Positions 48,884 through 60,430 of a DNA stretch of 64,000 nt are shown one piece after another. Both the position numbers and the translations under genes were made by a program. The notes below the pieces were generated by a model that was not told the DNA's origin, ran no database searches, and saw only the letters and a program-made list of their open reading frames with translations. The first letter of the stretch is position 1. Every line of letters starts with the position of its first letter. This stretch comes from Lama glama (lineage: Eukaryota): NCBI GenBank assembly GCA_028534125.1, contig CM052816.1:59460001-59524000 (forward strand), read 5' to 3'.

Positions 48884-50699
48884 GTACAGACAGCAAATTA
48901 CTGAGTGGCCACCTGATGAATGCCAGCTGTTAGGAGTATTTCAGTAGCTGAGTGCAATATTCATAATTATTGTAAGAATCATGCAAAAAGCTATCTTTCT
49001 GATAGTAGGAAGTCTGAAGAAATAAGTATAAAAGGTACAAATTGCTATCTAGTGATTGTCACGTCTATGTACACAAAACCCAAGGAAAACATAAGAGGTT
49101 CTTTTACTTTCCACCCTCCTTCTCCCCGCCCCCAATCAATGCATGATTGCTGTTTCACTACAGAAGTCATATAAACAAACAAACAAACAAAATTTATAAA
49201 CCTCCCAATATTTTTGTACCCCATGCCATATAACTACTGTTAAGGTTAGCCAGTTGTACCCAGATCTTCTAAAAATCAATCAAGTCAATTTCCTTCAAGG
49301 ACTCCCAAATGCTCTCAGAATCAAGTCCAGATTCCTCAGCATGGCTGGCAAAGGGAACCTGATCTGGTCCCTTCACACTGCTCTACCTGCCATCTCTTGC
49401 CCTCGTTTAGTTCTAGGTCAAGTTGCCAAAAATTGATTCACTGGGAACAAATTTAACCAGAGGGCCAATTATCCCAAAGATACCCGAATTATTGGTATTC
49501 CCCCTCCAAATGTTTTTTTTTTTTAACTATAAAGTTTATGTCAGTTTATGCTGGATGAGATTTTCAAGTAGCCTCTGATGATTTCTGCCATGTTTCAGTT
49601 AACTGGTTTTTATTTCACTGTTTTCATAGAATTTCATTTCTTAAAATGCTTCTATTTCAACATTTATGATTAATCAATCCATTCACACAGCACAGGGTGT
49701 GGACAAAAGCAACTTTCTACTGCAGGTGGGGAAGCAGGGGTCAGAGGAGGTAGCCATGAAGAGATCTAGGGGAAGGGCATTCCCAACTCTTTAATAATAG
49801 TATTTAAGGTTTTTAAAAAACTAATGTTTACAGCACTTCTTAAGTCCTATAGCAAACCATGGAGCTGCCAGGGTAGCTAGGGAATTGAGTAGCTGGTGTT
49901 TTCAGCATTCTGGCCTCATTAGAGAACCTCCCCATGGAAAGGGGATTCAGATGTGGGTTGCCAGAAAGAATGATAAATGCCATTGGTGGCACATAGGGGG
50001 ATACTGGAGAGCAAAAATGTTAAAACAATTTAAAACCATATATAAACACTGTTTTCCATTAGTTTCCAGTTAGTTTAATCTCCCTGAAGTGATTTAACTT
50101 CATTTCCAGGGACTAACCAAAGTTTCTGGACTTTAGGTTCTTTGGATTTACATTTTGGGGAATATGCTTAGCATTTCTTGTGAGTTTCAAATTGCGTCAA
50201 CTAAAATTAAATGGCGAGACACATCCTTAAAGGCTGTTGCAACCATTTATGGGAAATGATTCACTATAATATTTGGAGAAAGTTAATTAAGTTTTTGATG
50301 AGCTAAAAAACCGGCAAACTGGTCATTCAATAAATTGGTAATAACGGAGAACCAAGTTCTGCAAGTCCGACCAATTACTTTCTTCTCTACACCACAGTCA
50401 TGACGACTTTTTTCGGTAAACAACCATCTCCGGCCTCCTACCCGACCTCCGCACAAAATCTCTCTCCACTGAAGTCTGCACACCACGGGCCTCTCCCCAC
50501 CCCCAGCCCCTGCCCCCTCCATAAAGGCTCTAGCAACACCGCCATCCCTTTCCCTCCAGGCCCAGAATGTTCTCTCTTCCTCCTAGCGGGGGGCAAGCGC
50601 AGAATTCCAACCACCAGGACTTGAAAAACACACACACCCCCACCCCCACCCCTATTTCTCTTAACTAAAAAAGATATCCAGTAAACTGGAATGCCATAC

Positions 50700-50900
50700 C
50701 TGTCAGGCAGCATGAGTTCCCAGCTTGCAGTGGTCTCAAACAGGCTGTCGGCGTCCCCCAGAACCCCGTCTGCTGGGGCTGCAGAGTTGCCGTGCTCTGC
50801 GGCCTGGCTCCCAGCGCCCGCCCAGAAAAACCCTCGGCCGCCGGGCCTCTAATGCTGTAGCTGCCACACCTGGAGCCTTACTCCCCATCCCCAGAGCTTC
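50700..50900 (-). other. Candidate first exon of a minus-strand transcript (upstream boundary unknown)
   Basis: Donor GACAG|GTATGG at 50700/50699; ATG at 50713-50711; lies between a CCAAT-box cluster and intronic G-runs. Confidence 0.4.
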
Positions 50901-51040
50901 CTGCGCGTTTCTTTGGCCGAGAGTCTTGGTTTCCACCCACGTGATACAAAGGTTCCTCCAATAGCCAGCCCGCAAGGAGCTAGTGGGGGAGTCAGCTATT
51001 GGCTAGAACACAGGCAGCCGATTGGCTGGAATTGGCTGTT
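50740..51040 (-). promoter_or_regulatory. CpG-enriched promoter-like region with NF-Y CCAAT boxes, E-box and GC box
   Basis: CCAAT at 50958-50962; ATTGGCT at 50998, 51021 and 51031; CACGTG at 50938-50943; cgcccgccc near 50815; marked CpG excess over the flanks. Confidence 0.65.
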
Positions 51041-51938
51041 GCTGGTGGGACCCTGATGAGTATAGCACGCCTAACCTTGAGATTAGAGCTTTGAGGCTCA
51101 AGTGATAGGTGCTCTCCCCACCCAAAACTCTGGTCACTGTTGTTAAATGTTATTTGTAACCAACAGCACTACTGCAGAGGGCATAGAGTTCATTCTTAAA
51201 GGGAAAGAGATTCATGTATGTGAAAGAAGTTAGTCATCTATGTGTGTATGTATGTGAATATATACATGTATATATGAATAATAATAAACATTAAATTGTT
51301 TATTGTATGTTGATCTCTCAACAGACTGTAAGCTCAAGGCACATCTATAATTAGGGCCTCAGAGACTAACTGACACATAGTTGATGTTCAATAGTCAGTG
51401 ACTGAACATGTTCACACCACACGATCTCAAAATTCATTATAAAATTCAATGTACGTTCAATTACTGTCATAGAGAACCACTTTAAAAATCAGTGATATTG
51501 TTTGTGAGATGCTGTATGTTATCAGATGAAAGTTATCAAATGCGCACACACTGCCAATAAATTATAAAAATTGCCATAAAATTATATATATGGGTGTATA
51601 TTAAAATGTAGACAGAGGTACATGACGATATTAATGTATCAAACCAAGTCACTTGAAATGCTTTATTTTTACTTCTCTAATGGTCTCGACTGGTTTCAAA
51701 TATTAAAAAAAAATCAAATACTAATCATTTCACTCATCTCTATACACAGATCCTAAAATATCACCTGAAGCTCAATAAATATTTGTTGAAAACAGAGCCT
51801 TATGTGACTGTTTAGGCAAATCAAGCACAGCTGAGGGTGTAGGAATTTGCCTCTTTGAGAGGGTGGAAGAAATGATACACCTTCCCATGCACTTGACTGT
51901 CAAGAATCAAGATATAAACATCTTTGCACTTTCTTTCC

Positions 51939-52578
51939 TGCATTACTTTTCTGTTCCTGTGTAACAAAAAATAACAAGTTTAGCAGCTTCAAACAATACC
52001 CATTCATTTGCTCATAGTTCTGTAGGTCAGCAGTCCTTCACAGCAGGACTGGGTCCTCTGCTGGGGGCATCACAAGACTGAAATCCAGGTACTGTTTGGA
52101 CAGTGTTCTCATCTGGAGATACAGGAAAAATCCACTTCCAAGCTCATTCTTGTTGTTGGCAGAATTCAGTTTTTTGCAGTTGTAGCACTCAGGTTTCCAT
52201 AGTTTTTTGCTTCTGGTCAACTAGGAGCTGCTGTCAGCCTCTTCAGGCCACCCACTTTCCCTGCCACATGGCCCCCTCCATCTACAAGGCATGTTGCATC
52301 CTTCCGATGCACTTCAAATTTCTGGCTTCTCTCTCTGATTTATAAATCCAGATTTAAAGGGTTATGTGATAAGGTCAGGCCCACCTGTGTCGTCTGCCTC
52401 TCTTAAGGTCAACTGATTTGGGAACTTAATTATACCTGCAAAATCTCTTTGGCCATATTAATATAACATACACCCAACGGTGATTTTTATTGTATTCAGA
52501 TTCTGCCCACACTCAAGAGGAAGAAAGTATACAAAGGCAAAGGTCACTGGGGATCATCCTAGAATTTTGTCTATGCCA
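51939..52578 (-). mobile_element. MLT1E-like MaLR solo LTR
   Basis: TG...CA termini with a perfect 5-bp TSD tttcc (51934-51938 / 52579-52583); aatccacttccaagctcattcttgttgttggcagaattcagtt. Confidence 0.9.
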
Positions 52579-53971
52579 TTTCCTTATTCCAGGGCTTGGC
52601 CTGAGCTCAGGTACTGTTGATTGTGTGTGCGTGTGTGTGTGGTGAGAGAGAGATGTGTGTTGTATAAGAGGTTGTATTATTCTGACCTCTTGAGGTCAGC
52701 TGGACTGGTCCATGAAACAGGTATCATCTGTAATAGCATTATTTTAAAATATGAATATACTGTGTTGTCTGCTCTCTTGGACAGCTTCTCTTCTTTACCT
52801 GCTACCCTTTCTTTCCTACTTTAAAATAATCACTGGTCAGCAAGGCTTTCATTTTCCCTTGGATGCTGCTTCATGTAAGAAGACATGCCACATGCTTCTT
52901 CTGGTGGAAATAGCTGGGTCTAACGACTGGAGGTCTAAGAACATGAGCACAGTGCTGCCATGGTAACCACTAGGAAGCTGCAGTGTCTAGGGAAGGTTTC
53001 TTAGTTTCCATGGAATTAACGTTAAGTGATTACTCATGATCTGCACAAGGGCTTTGATTGCAAATGTTTTCCCTGAGATATTGTATTCCTATCAGCATGT
53101 TTGGGGCAATAACTGCCATTGGAGGAAGTGGTGGAAGATGAATGACCTGAAAGTGTGGAATGACATTTGATCTAGGAAGAGACTTCAATCCTGTTAATTT
53201 TGGGTGGCAGATTGTATGTTGGTGGTGTGGTCTAGAATTACTAAGTAGTGAAACAGAGAGCCTTATTCCAGCCCAGGGTCCTGTGATCCATGAGCCTCCA
53301 CAGGTCACAGGTGGGCTTTAAGGAAGGTCAAGAACTTTTGAAATTGAATATTAATTATGAGTTGGTATGTTCATGTTTCTTAGAGGGATTAACATATCAT
53401 TGGATCCATTCATGAGTAAATTCACCAAAATGATTAAAAACTACCAGGTTATTCGAAGACCATCTTTTCGTGATTAAGGACATTGATGCCTATGAGGGTG
53501 AAATGACTTCCCTAAAACCACAGAACTAATTTTTTGTTGTACAACAGAGGTTAGATTCCTAGACTCCTGGTGTGCTTTGTAAACCACCAGCACTGTTACT
53601 GCACTGTATCCTGAGAGAGACCTTTCAGGCCAACCATATATTAACTAAACCACTATTACACTGTTCCTCTGGAAGAGGTTCTTTAGATGCATGGCATCCT
53701 TAAAAAAAAAAGTGAGTGAAAAATGGGGAAAAGGTATACTGCATTGGGTCAAATTGCCTTGAACATTATAAAAATTCAAAAATACCTGTTGAATAAATGA
53801 GTGGCATAGAATGTTCAATTTATGCAACAAAAGTGTACAGGGAGCCTGCTTTTGAGTAGTACCCTGTTATTTACTGCTGAAATTGCTAAAAAAATTACTT
53901 TCAGGGAAAATACAATTTTCTAGATAAGTTAAAGGCAGGATAAGCTCAGGGAATTATAATAAAAATACATG

Positions 53972-54235
53972 AATGATGATGATGATGATGATGATGGTAA
54001 GAGTATTTTGGTGATTTTGATGTACCAGGCATGACTGTGCTAAATGATTTACTTGAATTATCTCATTTAATCTAATCCTTGCCAACATGCTATGATTTAG
54101 ACGTTAGCACCATATCTACAGACGAGAAAACTGAGGTGCAAAAAGGTTAGTTAACTTGATGAAAGTTAGAGTTAGTAAATGGCATAGCAGGATAGCAAAT
54201 CCAGATGATCTGATAAAAGCTTTTGCTGTAACCTC
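53972..54235 (-). mobile_element. MIR with an expanded (GAT)n tail
   Basis: (gat)n then tgtaccaggca...tctcatttaatc...tacagacgagaaaactgaggtgcaaaaaggttagttaacttg. Confidence 0.8.
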
Positions 54236-55254
54236 TCAGTGCAAGGTCCATTCCCAATAAATTGGAATAAAACATGGGAATAAGCAAGTTGTTAAGAATT
54301 AAATAATAAAAACAATATTAATTATCTTCAAGGCAGCTTTATTGATACTTCCCCTCCAGGATACACATATATATTTATCTTTAGTAATTATCTTGACATT
54401 GGCTGTACATTTATCTTTTGTTGATAGTTTTCTTTTGCGTTTGGGACCAACTGAATTAACAGGAAAGAAATACTTTTTACCAAAGTCTGTTGATGTGAAA
54501 AACCATCACATGGATAAACCCTTACAAACATCAGGAAAGACAAATCTGAGAACTGAGGTCAAAGGCAGTGGAAGTGGGGTCTTCTGAAAGCTGAACTACA
54601 TGCCTGCTCTCATGTCGGTGCAAGAAATCTAGGTTCTCCACTAAAATGCCACGTAGATGTCCATTTGTTCTTAGTGCTTACACATGACATAGGCAGTTAA
54701 TCCATAGATTAAAAAACAACAAACTTTTTATTGATGTATAACACACATGCCATAAAAAGCACAGCCCATGGGGTTTTAAAAAGTTTAATTAGGTAATTTC
54801 TAGGGCGACTGAACTCGGGTCCTGGGAAAGGGTTTCGATGCGCTGATGACAAAGGGAAACCAACATGACCTAGTTGTTTGGTGTGGCTTGGACACTTGTG
54901 TGCAGTCTGTTCCAGCCGGTTCATATTGAAAAGTATCACGAGGAAAACCTGGGTGAGCCAGCTGTTCTAGTGAATTTATACAGCACCACCAGGAGACCTG
55001 GTGTCCCCCACTGCTGTGGGAGGCTTTAAATTACCAACAACAGCCACCTGAATGTTCCCCAAATGTCATGAAAATAGCTATGATTTACTGGGGGTGATGA
55101 AGACGCCAAACCAAGCCTGCCTATTGTGTACGAGAGGGAAGGGCATTGCCTGGGAGGTGAATGGCCTTGGTTCTTGCCCAGCCTCTGCTTTAATGAAATG
55201 TGTTCTTGGGCAACTACTCTACTTCCCTGTGCCCATCTCTTCACTCTCAAAATG

Positions 55255-55608
55255 AGGGGATGAGCCTTAAATCCAATGACTGTTGTCCTTATAAGACGAG
55301 AAGAGGACACACAAAGGCACAGCCATGCAGGGAAGAAGCCCGTGTGAAGACGGAGGCAGAGATGGGGGTTAGTGTCCATAAAACAAGGAATACCAAGGAT
55401 TGCCAGCAACCACCAGAAGCTAGAAGATGTGAGGAAGGATTTTTCCTTGCAGCCATTCAAGGGAGCATGGCCCTGCCAGCAGCTTGATTTGGGACTTCTA
55501 GACACCAGAATGCTGAGAAAATAAACTTCTGTTATTTTTAGGCCACTTCATTTGTGGTGCTGTGCTATGACAGTCCAAGGGAACATATAGATTTGGGTAC
55601 CAGGAGTA
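55255..55608 (+). mobile_element. MLT1C-like LTR (3' part) plus start of the MaLR internal sequence
   Basis: ccttaaatccaatgactgttgtccttataaga...ccaccagaagctag...gggaacatata followed by gatttgggtaccaggagt. Confidence 0.85.
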
Positions 55609-55683
55609 ATTCTTTTAGAACTTTGCATCCATTATTACCATTCCTTGCTACCATTCCATGTGTCCTTCTCAAGTGCTTTCCTG

Positions 55684-55878
55684 TTTTTTTTTCTTAATTT
55701 AAATTAAAATTTTTTATTAAAGGATAGTTGATTTACAAGGTTGTGTTAGTTCTTGGTAGATAGCACAGAGATTCACTTATACATATACATATATATGTAA
55801 TCTTTTCCATGACAGGTTATTACAAGGTGTTGAATATAGTTCCCTGTGCTATACAATAGGACTTTGTCATTTATCTAT
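55684..55878 (-). mobile_element. L1 3' end (cetartiodactyl-type), 5'-truncated
   Basis: atagttgatttacaaggttgtgttagtt...ttgaatatagttccctgtgctatacaatagga; tttc(c)tgtttt on both flanks. Confidence 0.85.
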
Positions 55879-56129
55879 CCTTTCTGTTTTCATACATGCT
55901 TACCCTATTCTGATCTAAACAAAAATTTCAAAATCTCCAATTTGGCCTGCCTTGATGGCCCTTCAACAAACCATCTGTGTCCCATCAGTTAATAACTTGT
56001 TTTCTTTGAAACATTAAATTCTGAAATACAGTCCTTCATAGCTATCACCTCTCTCTGATGAGGTTCCAACTCTTGCAGTTGGTTGTTCCAGGCCTTTCTT
56101 AATTTGGTTTCTCTCAACGTATCAGACTA

Positions 56130-56530
56130 CTTCACGTGTTTCTTCCACTCCAACCAGACGATTCTACCTCTAAGTCTTTGCTCATGCTGTTTCCCTGCCT
56201 CTTCCTTCTTAAATGTCTGGAAGCCCTGGTAGCCCCTTTCTTCTCTCCACCCTGTCCCTATCAAGCCTACTCTAGCTTTCAAGACAAAACTCAAGGGCTC
56301 TCTCCTCTGTAAAGATTTTTCCATCTTCCTCCTAACACACTTGTTGATTTCCTGAACTCCTTTTATAATTTCTGTCGCTTACACATTTATGCAGGTGGTT
56401 GTTCACGCATGATTTTGTGACTTTTTTTTAGCCTCTCTGACATGATTTCAAGCAGTTTAATACCAAAGACTATGCCTGTATAGCTTTATGCCTTTCTAGC
56501 CCCTCCTAGGAGACAGAATGATGAGAACAT
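56130..56530 (+). mobile_element. L2 fragment
   Basis: gtctttgctcatgctgtttccctgcc...ctactctagctttcaagacaaaactcaa. Confidence 0.6.
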
Positions 56531-58999
56531 GTTCGGATTTAGATAAATTCACATCCATGAGTTACAGGGCGGTCATGGGATATTCAGCAAACCTAGCCAG
56601 TGATTTCAGTGAGGAGAGACTGTGCTTCATCTACTAAAATTCTCTGAGGGGGTCAAAAGCATGCGGACACGAGTTCTTTAACCTTTTGAAAGTCCCTGAC
56701 AAACTTCCACACCAGAGGTTATTTAAAAATAAAAATGAGTCATGATGAGAGTGTAGGGAACGTTTTGTCATGGTTGGGGAACTGGCGTAGGGATCGGAAA
56801 CAGTCCAAACCAACTCTTCTAGTAACAAATTCCATATGTTTACAACCTTCTGCCCCAGGAAAAGGGGTCCTTCTCTGAATGGGGGGTTGATATGAGGAGG
56901 CCCCAAAGTGGTGCACGGCTAGTTTTAATTAGCATATTTTGGAAGGAAGAGTTAACAATGACATTTTTCTCAGAAGTAGAATGCCAAATCCAAAGAAGAA
57001 AAACTCTAGAAGACCTTGGGAGGATACCTGTCACCAAAGAAGTGACTGATGAGTCTGGGCGCAGGCAACGATAAGGGAATGCATTAGAGAAAAAGCAACA
57101 CAAGCCAAGAGGTGATGAGTTCTGGGCTAGCTCTTACCACCCAGCAAGGAAACTAAGACACTGGGTTCTCTGGGCAGGTGCCTCTTCAAACAGTGTTGTT
57201 AAAATATTTGATCAATGTTTATTTAGAAGGAAGGCCAAAGGCTGCCCCAGGGGAAAAGCTGAGAAGGTGGCAGCTCTTAGCCTCTTTTCTGCTGTCCTGA
57301 GATATTCAGTTCAACCTTGAAGTAGCATATTCACATCAGTGAAACAAAATAAGAACTCTGCAGCCGACTGAACCCACCTTCTAGTGATTCTCTGCTCCTC
57401 ACTACTCTAACGTGAGCCTTGGACTCTTTTGTCTCCTCACTCCAAGAAATACTGGTATTTCCAAATGTACTCTTAGTTGGTAAGGAGGGAACCCTAATCT
57501 ACAGACAGTTGCCTTGTTGCTGAAAATGCATCTTAGGGGGAAAGGAGATTATACATGTAACCTGAAACACTCGGACGGTCAGAGAGAGGGGACTTTGTTG
57601 CAGGAAGAGGACTCCCACTTTAAGAAAAAAATGGTGTCTAGAACCATCATAAGCCAATGTACTACGACAGGTCCTGGGTGCCTGGGTCCACTAGACCCTA
57701 TACAGACATTTCCAGAGCCTGGCAAGACACGAATGGGCAGCAGTGAGGTTACAGCCTCTGAGGTTGTATATTTCACAGCTGCATCTTTCAAGTCTGGAAA
57801 CTTCTGCAGTAAGTAATCACAGAAAATGTGAACATTTTAACCTGCAGCCTTTCATCTTCCTATAAAAAGAAATTTAAACAGAAAATGAGTAGGCGTGAAG
57901 CTAGCCTTATTTTAGGTGTAAGACCATCTGCTGGGAAAGCTGAGATTAGAATAGTTCACAGGAAGATCATGATTTCGGATTAAACAGGTAACAGTGGCTC
58001 TCCTATTTAGCAGCCCTGGTACATAAGGCAGAAGTCATGCTAGACTGAGCACCCAACAGTGATGTGCAAGGGCTTCCTTGAAAGGCAAAGGCAGGACTTT
58101 TTCTTTTCTTTATTTGTTTGCAATTCAAAGAAATCCTGCGCAACGATCACAGACCTTTTAAGGCAACGTAACAACAATTAAAAAAAAAAAGATAAGTATA
58201 TAAAAAAGAAATGAAGAGAAAAAAGAAGCCAAATCTATGGTGGTGAGCACAGAAGAGACATTTGACCCTGGCTGGGCCCTTGTGATAGAGGGAAGTCAAA
58301 TCGGGGATTCAGGGAAATGGGGGACCAGAGAAAGAAACAGATGCTTGGGGAGGGCAGACTTGACTCTAGATGGTGTCAGAAAGGACTTTTTTTTTTTCTG
58401 TCAAGGGCCATGAACAGATATTTTACAAACGGATGAAACATTAAAAAGAATGATTAATCTGTCTAGTTGAAAAGGATTACATTAGGAGTCCATAAATTCC
58501 TAAAAGTAAAAGCTATCAGTGACTTCTGCAATACAAGGACAGTTCAAATTTACAGAGTACCTCCAAAGTGAACGGCAATGTAGGGACATCCTGCTGGACA
58601 AGGCTCTGCCTTGGCCTTCATGGAACTTACCATGGGACCCTTTGTAAGAGGGACATAAGCAGGCACATGCACACTTGAAGGCTTTGGTGGCCTCCTCCTC
58701 TACCCTCCTCATCATTCACCTCTCTCGCCCCCTTCCTTGGCCAGTCTTCATTAAGACAGGCTCACAGCTCAAGTCACACTACATTACGGCTGGCTGTTGT
58801 CCTGGAGGCTTCCTGATGCGGGTTATATTTTGCTTAATACATATTCATTGTCTAGTTCATTAAATAATTGAATGGAAGTGTATGCCCCAAGGGGATTTGA
58901 GACACCATACTGAAATATCTAAGAGTGATACTGTAAAAGCAAATAAATACAGAAACAAATAAGGAGGTAGATTGGGGCTAAGGGAAAACAGGTTAATAA

Positions 59000-60430
59000 A
59001 AGTCAGGGATATCCAGGAATAATTAGAAATTCTTAAACTGGATTGGGAAGGGTGAGTGGAGGTTTTTTCCAGCGAAGTGAGGTTGAGAGAATTCTGGCTG
59101 AGAGTTCTGGTATGTGGCATGTCTGGATAAGGATGATGCTAGGACCTGGGGCAGGAGAGGGTTGATGGGGTGATGAGGTTAACCATCTGGAGATGCTCTC
59201 CTTCTATGATAGGGCTCTATGGAACATGCTATGAGGTAGGATTTTCTCCTATAGGAAACCGAGAGCCCCAGTGTATCATGATTGAATCTATATTTTAGAA
59301 CAGCGTATAGGAGAGATTAGAACAGATTGTGGAGATCTGGCCAGGTTCTTAAAATTTCAGCTCTCCTCAAAGCTCTCACCATTTTCCCTATGAACCACAG
59401 AAGATAACCTCACCCCTATTTCAGAGAAAAAAATAAGAACTATATCACAACCATCCTTACCTCCATCACTCCCAATCAATGGAAGAGGTGATTATTTTCC
59501 TGTCTAAGGCTCACTAGTCCGCTGTCAAGCATGCGGCTCCCTCTCTTGTATCTTTTGCCCCTTCTCTGTCCTGGTTCCTTCTTCTTAGCCAATAAAATGT
59601 GTCCTTCCTCAGACCCTAGATTCATTTCTTTAGCTGCTTTTTCTTCTACAGTGAAATTGCTAGAAATGTGTTCACAGTCTGTATGTCTTCTCTTCTAACT
59701 CATGTGTCAACTCATTTCAATCTGCGTTTCATCCCAAATTCCTCCTGCCAAGGTTCCAATGAACTTCAACTTGCTAAGCCTAAAGGAAACTTCCATTTTC
59801 ATCTTATTTAACATTACCATGCACTTGAACCAGCTGACTACTCCCTTCTTGAAATTCTCCCTTCATTCCTCTTTCTTTTTACTTTCATATAAAAAATATT
59901 ATGATTACATCTCTGATTTTTTGCAGGCGTAGAATCCTATATTTGTCTCTCAAGGGTTTGAGTTTCCCAGAAATTCTTATCTGGACCCCAGAAAAGAGAC
60001 AGGTTAGAGGGACATATTTGGGTACCATCAGTACATCCACATGAAGTCACCACAGAGCTTATATACAGTAATGAAAGAAAAAGGACAAATCCTAAGGAAT
60101 ATCAATACTTAGGAAGGTGGGGAAGGAAACCAGGGAAGACAAAGAAATTTCAATCTGGAGAGGACATAGAGAAACATGGGAAAAGCCAGGGAAGAGTTCT
60201 AAGAGGGAAGGGGCCTATTTCTTGAAGGAAGGTCAAATAGAGTAATACAGAGATTCTACAGATGTGGCAAGAGTCCAGTGTGGTCTTTGAGGGGACAATT
60301 TCAAGAAAGTAATGAAAACAGAAACATATGTGGGTTCTTGGAAGAAATGGAGACATAAAATTTATACTCCACTTTCAGGAAACTTGGACTTGAAATGAGA
60401 GGTGGGAAGAGAATGATTTGAGAAAGAGCA
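59000..60430. mobile_element. Cluster of decayed L2 fragments in both orientations
   Basis: Minus-like 59000-59340 and 60000-60430 (gggtaccatcagtacat; aatcctaaggaatatcaatactt); plus-like 59380-59900 (ctcctgccaaggttccaatgaacttcaacttgctaa). Confidence 0.5.

Noticed and set aside
51404..51413. GAACATGTTC p53-family half-site (another near 56525)
   Set aside because: Single half-sites with no adjacent second decamer, and in L2-derived context.
55026..55505. 159-aa minus-strand ORF
   Set aside because: Largely the antisense of an MLT1 LTR and a MIR fragment.
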